A stretch of 36,659 bases of DNA, from positions 1-36,659 of the forward strand of contig RBNJ01000208.1 in assembly GCA_003990765.1 (NCBI GenBank), written 5' to 3'. This stretch comes from Jimgerdemannia flammicorona (taxonomy: Eukaryota). Made by a program: the position numbers and the translations under genes. The first letter of the stretch is position 1. Each line of letters begins with the position of its first letter. The notes beneath the pieces were generated by a model. It was given only the letters and a program-made list of their open reading frames with translations, was not told where the DNA came from and did no database searches. Positions 36,000 to 36,659 of this stretch are shown here, one piece after another.

Positions 36000-36590
36000 C
36001 CATGTCGCTGAGCAACCAAGGCCAGAAATTGCAAAGGACCTTTGATTTGACTTGCCCACATCGTCTTCCGCATTCGAGAAAACATTCTGAAATATCCAAC
36101 CAACGACAGTCACAGGTTGCTTTTCGCGGAGAAAATGCCTGTCATTGTCTATCGTTCCATCGTTCGTCGTACGTCATGCCCATCCTAAAATGTTCATACA
36201 GACTATCTGACTTTTACTCCTAGTTGGGCCTGGCCCTGGTTAACACCCTCACCAAGAATCGGCAAGGATTGTCATGATTCCCGTTTGCCTCGTTCGCGGC
36301 TCGATGTCGCCGAGTACCCAAGGCCAACTATTACGAAGGATCTATCTTTTCACTTGCCCACATTGAACTCCGCATTCGAGGGGTGTCCTTCCTCCAACGT
36401 TCTTCCAGACTCTACAACTCCTCGATCCCATATGAGCCTTGCCCTGGCTAAACCCTCGTCAATACTCGTCAAGTATAGTCAAGATTCTCCAGCCTTTGCT
36501 TCGCTTGCCGCCGAGCAACCAAAGGCCAGCTATGGAGAAGGACCTTTCTCTTGGCTTACCCACATTTATTTCCGCATTGGAGCGCACGTT
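36000..36590 (+). repeat. Three diverged copies of an ~80-bp coding-like module, possibly exons of a repeat-protein (pseudo)gene
   Basis: GYCGCYGAG.A.CAAGGCCA...AAGGA.CT...CTTRCCCACAT....TCCGCATT.GAG at ~36004, 36306 and 36508. Intron-like GTACGT...CCTAG at 36169-36223 and a GTAAGG donor at 36632. Confidence 0.55.
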
Positions 36591-36659
36591 CTGGGGGATC
36601 TATTCAAACATAAAATTAAAGACAGATCAAGGTAAGGGTTTTTTTTTTTTTTTTTTTTT

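Overview
Eukaryotic DNA, most likely fungal. An early-diverging or Mucoromycota-like origin is inferred from the L1-type LINE, GT-AG introns and gene families, but is not proven. The window is gene-poor and repeat-rich. The only clearly intact gene is an intronless, secreted PHI-1/EXORDIUM-like protein (2561-3574, minus). About 7.15-20.2 kb is a nested transposon graveyard almost free of CpG. It holds an L1-like LINE (ORF1, APE endonuclease, start of RT) next to a Ty3/Gypsy element (partial LTR, tRNA-Pro-like PBS, protease, RT, RNase H, integrase). The Gypsy element is interrupted by a solo LTR of its own family, a Tc1/mariner element and a CCCTTT-ended MITE. A CpG-retaining 1544-bp solo LTR of the same family (26591-28134, ATGT TSD) serves as an internal control and shows directional C>T/G>A hypermutation in several dinucleotide contexts (RIP-like). 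The most striking observation is that the Tc1 transposase gene is scrambled: its segments are permuted and inverted between intact TIRs, with short repeated sequences at the junctions. The rest is minisatellites, compound tandem arrays, decayed gene fragments (kinase, SET, LRR-like) and poly(A/T) tracts.
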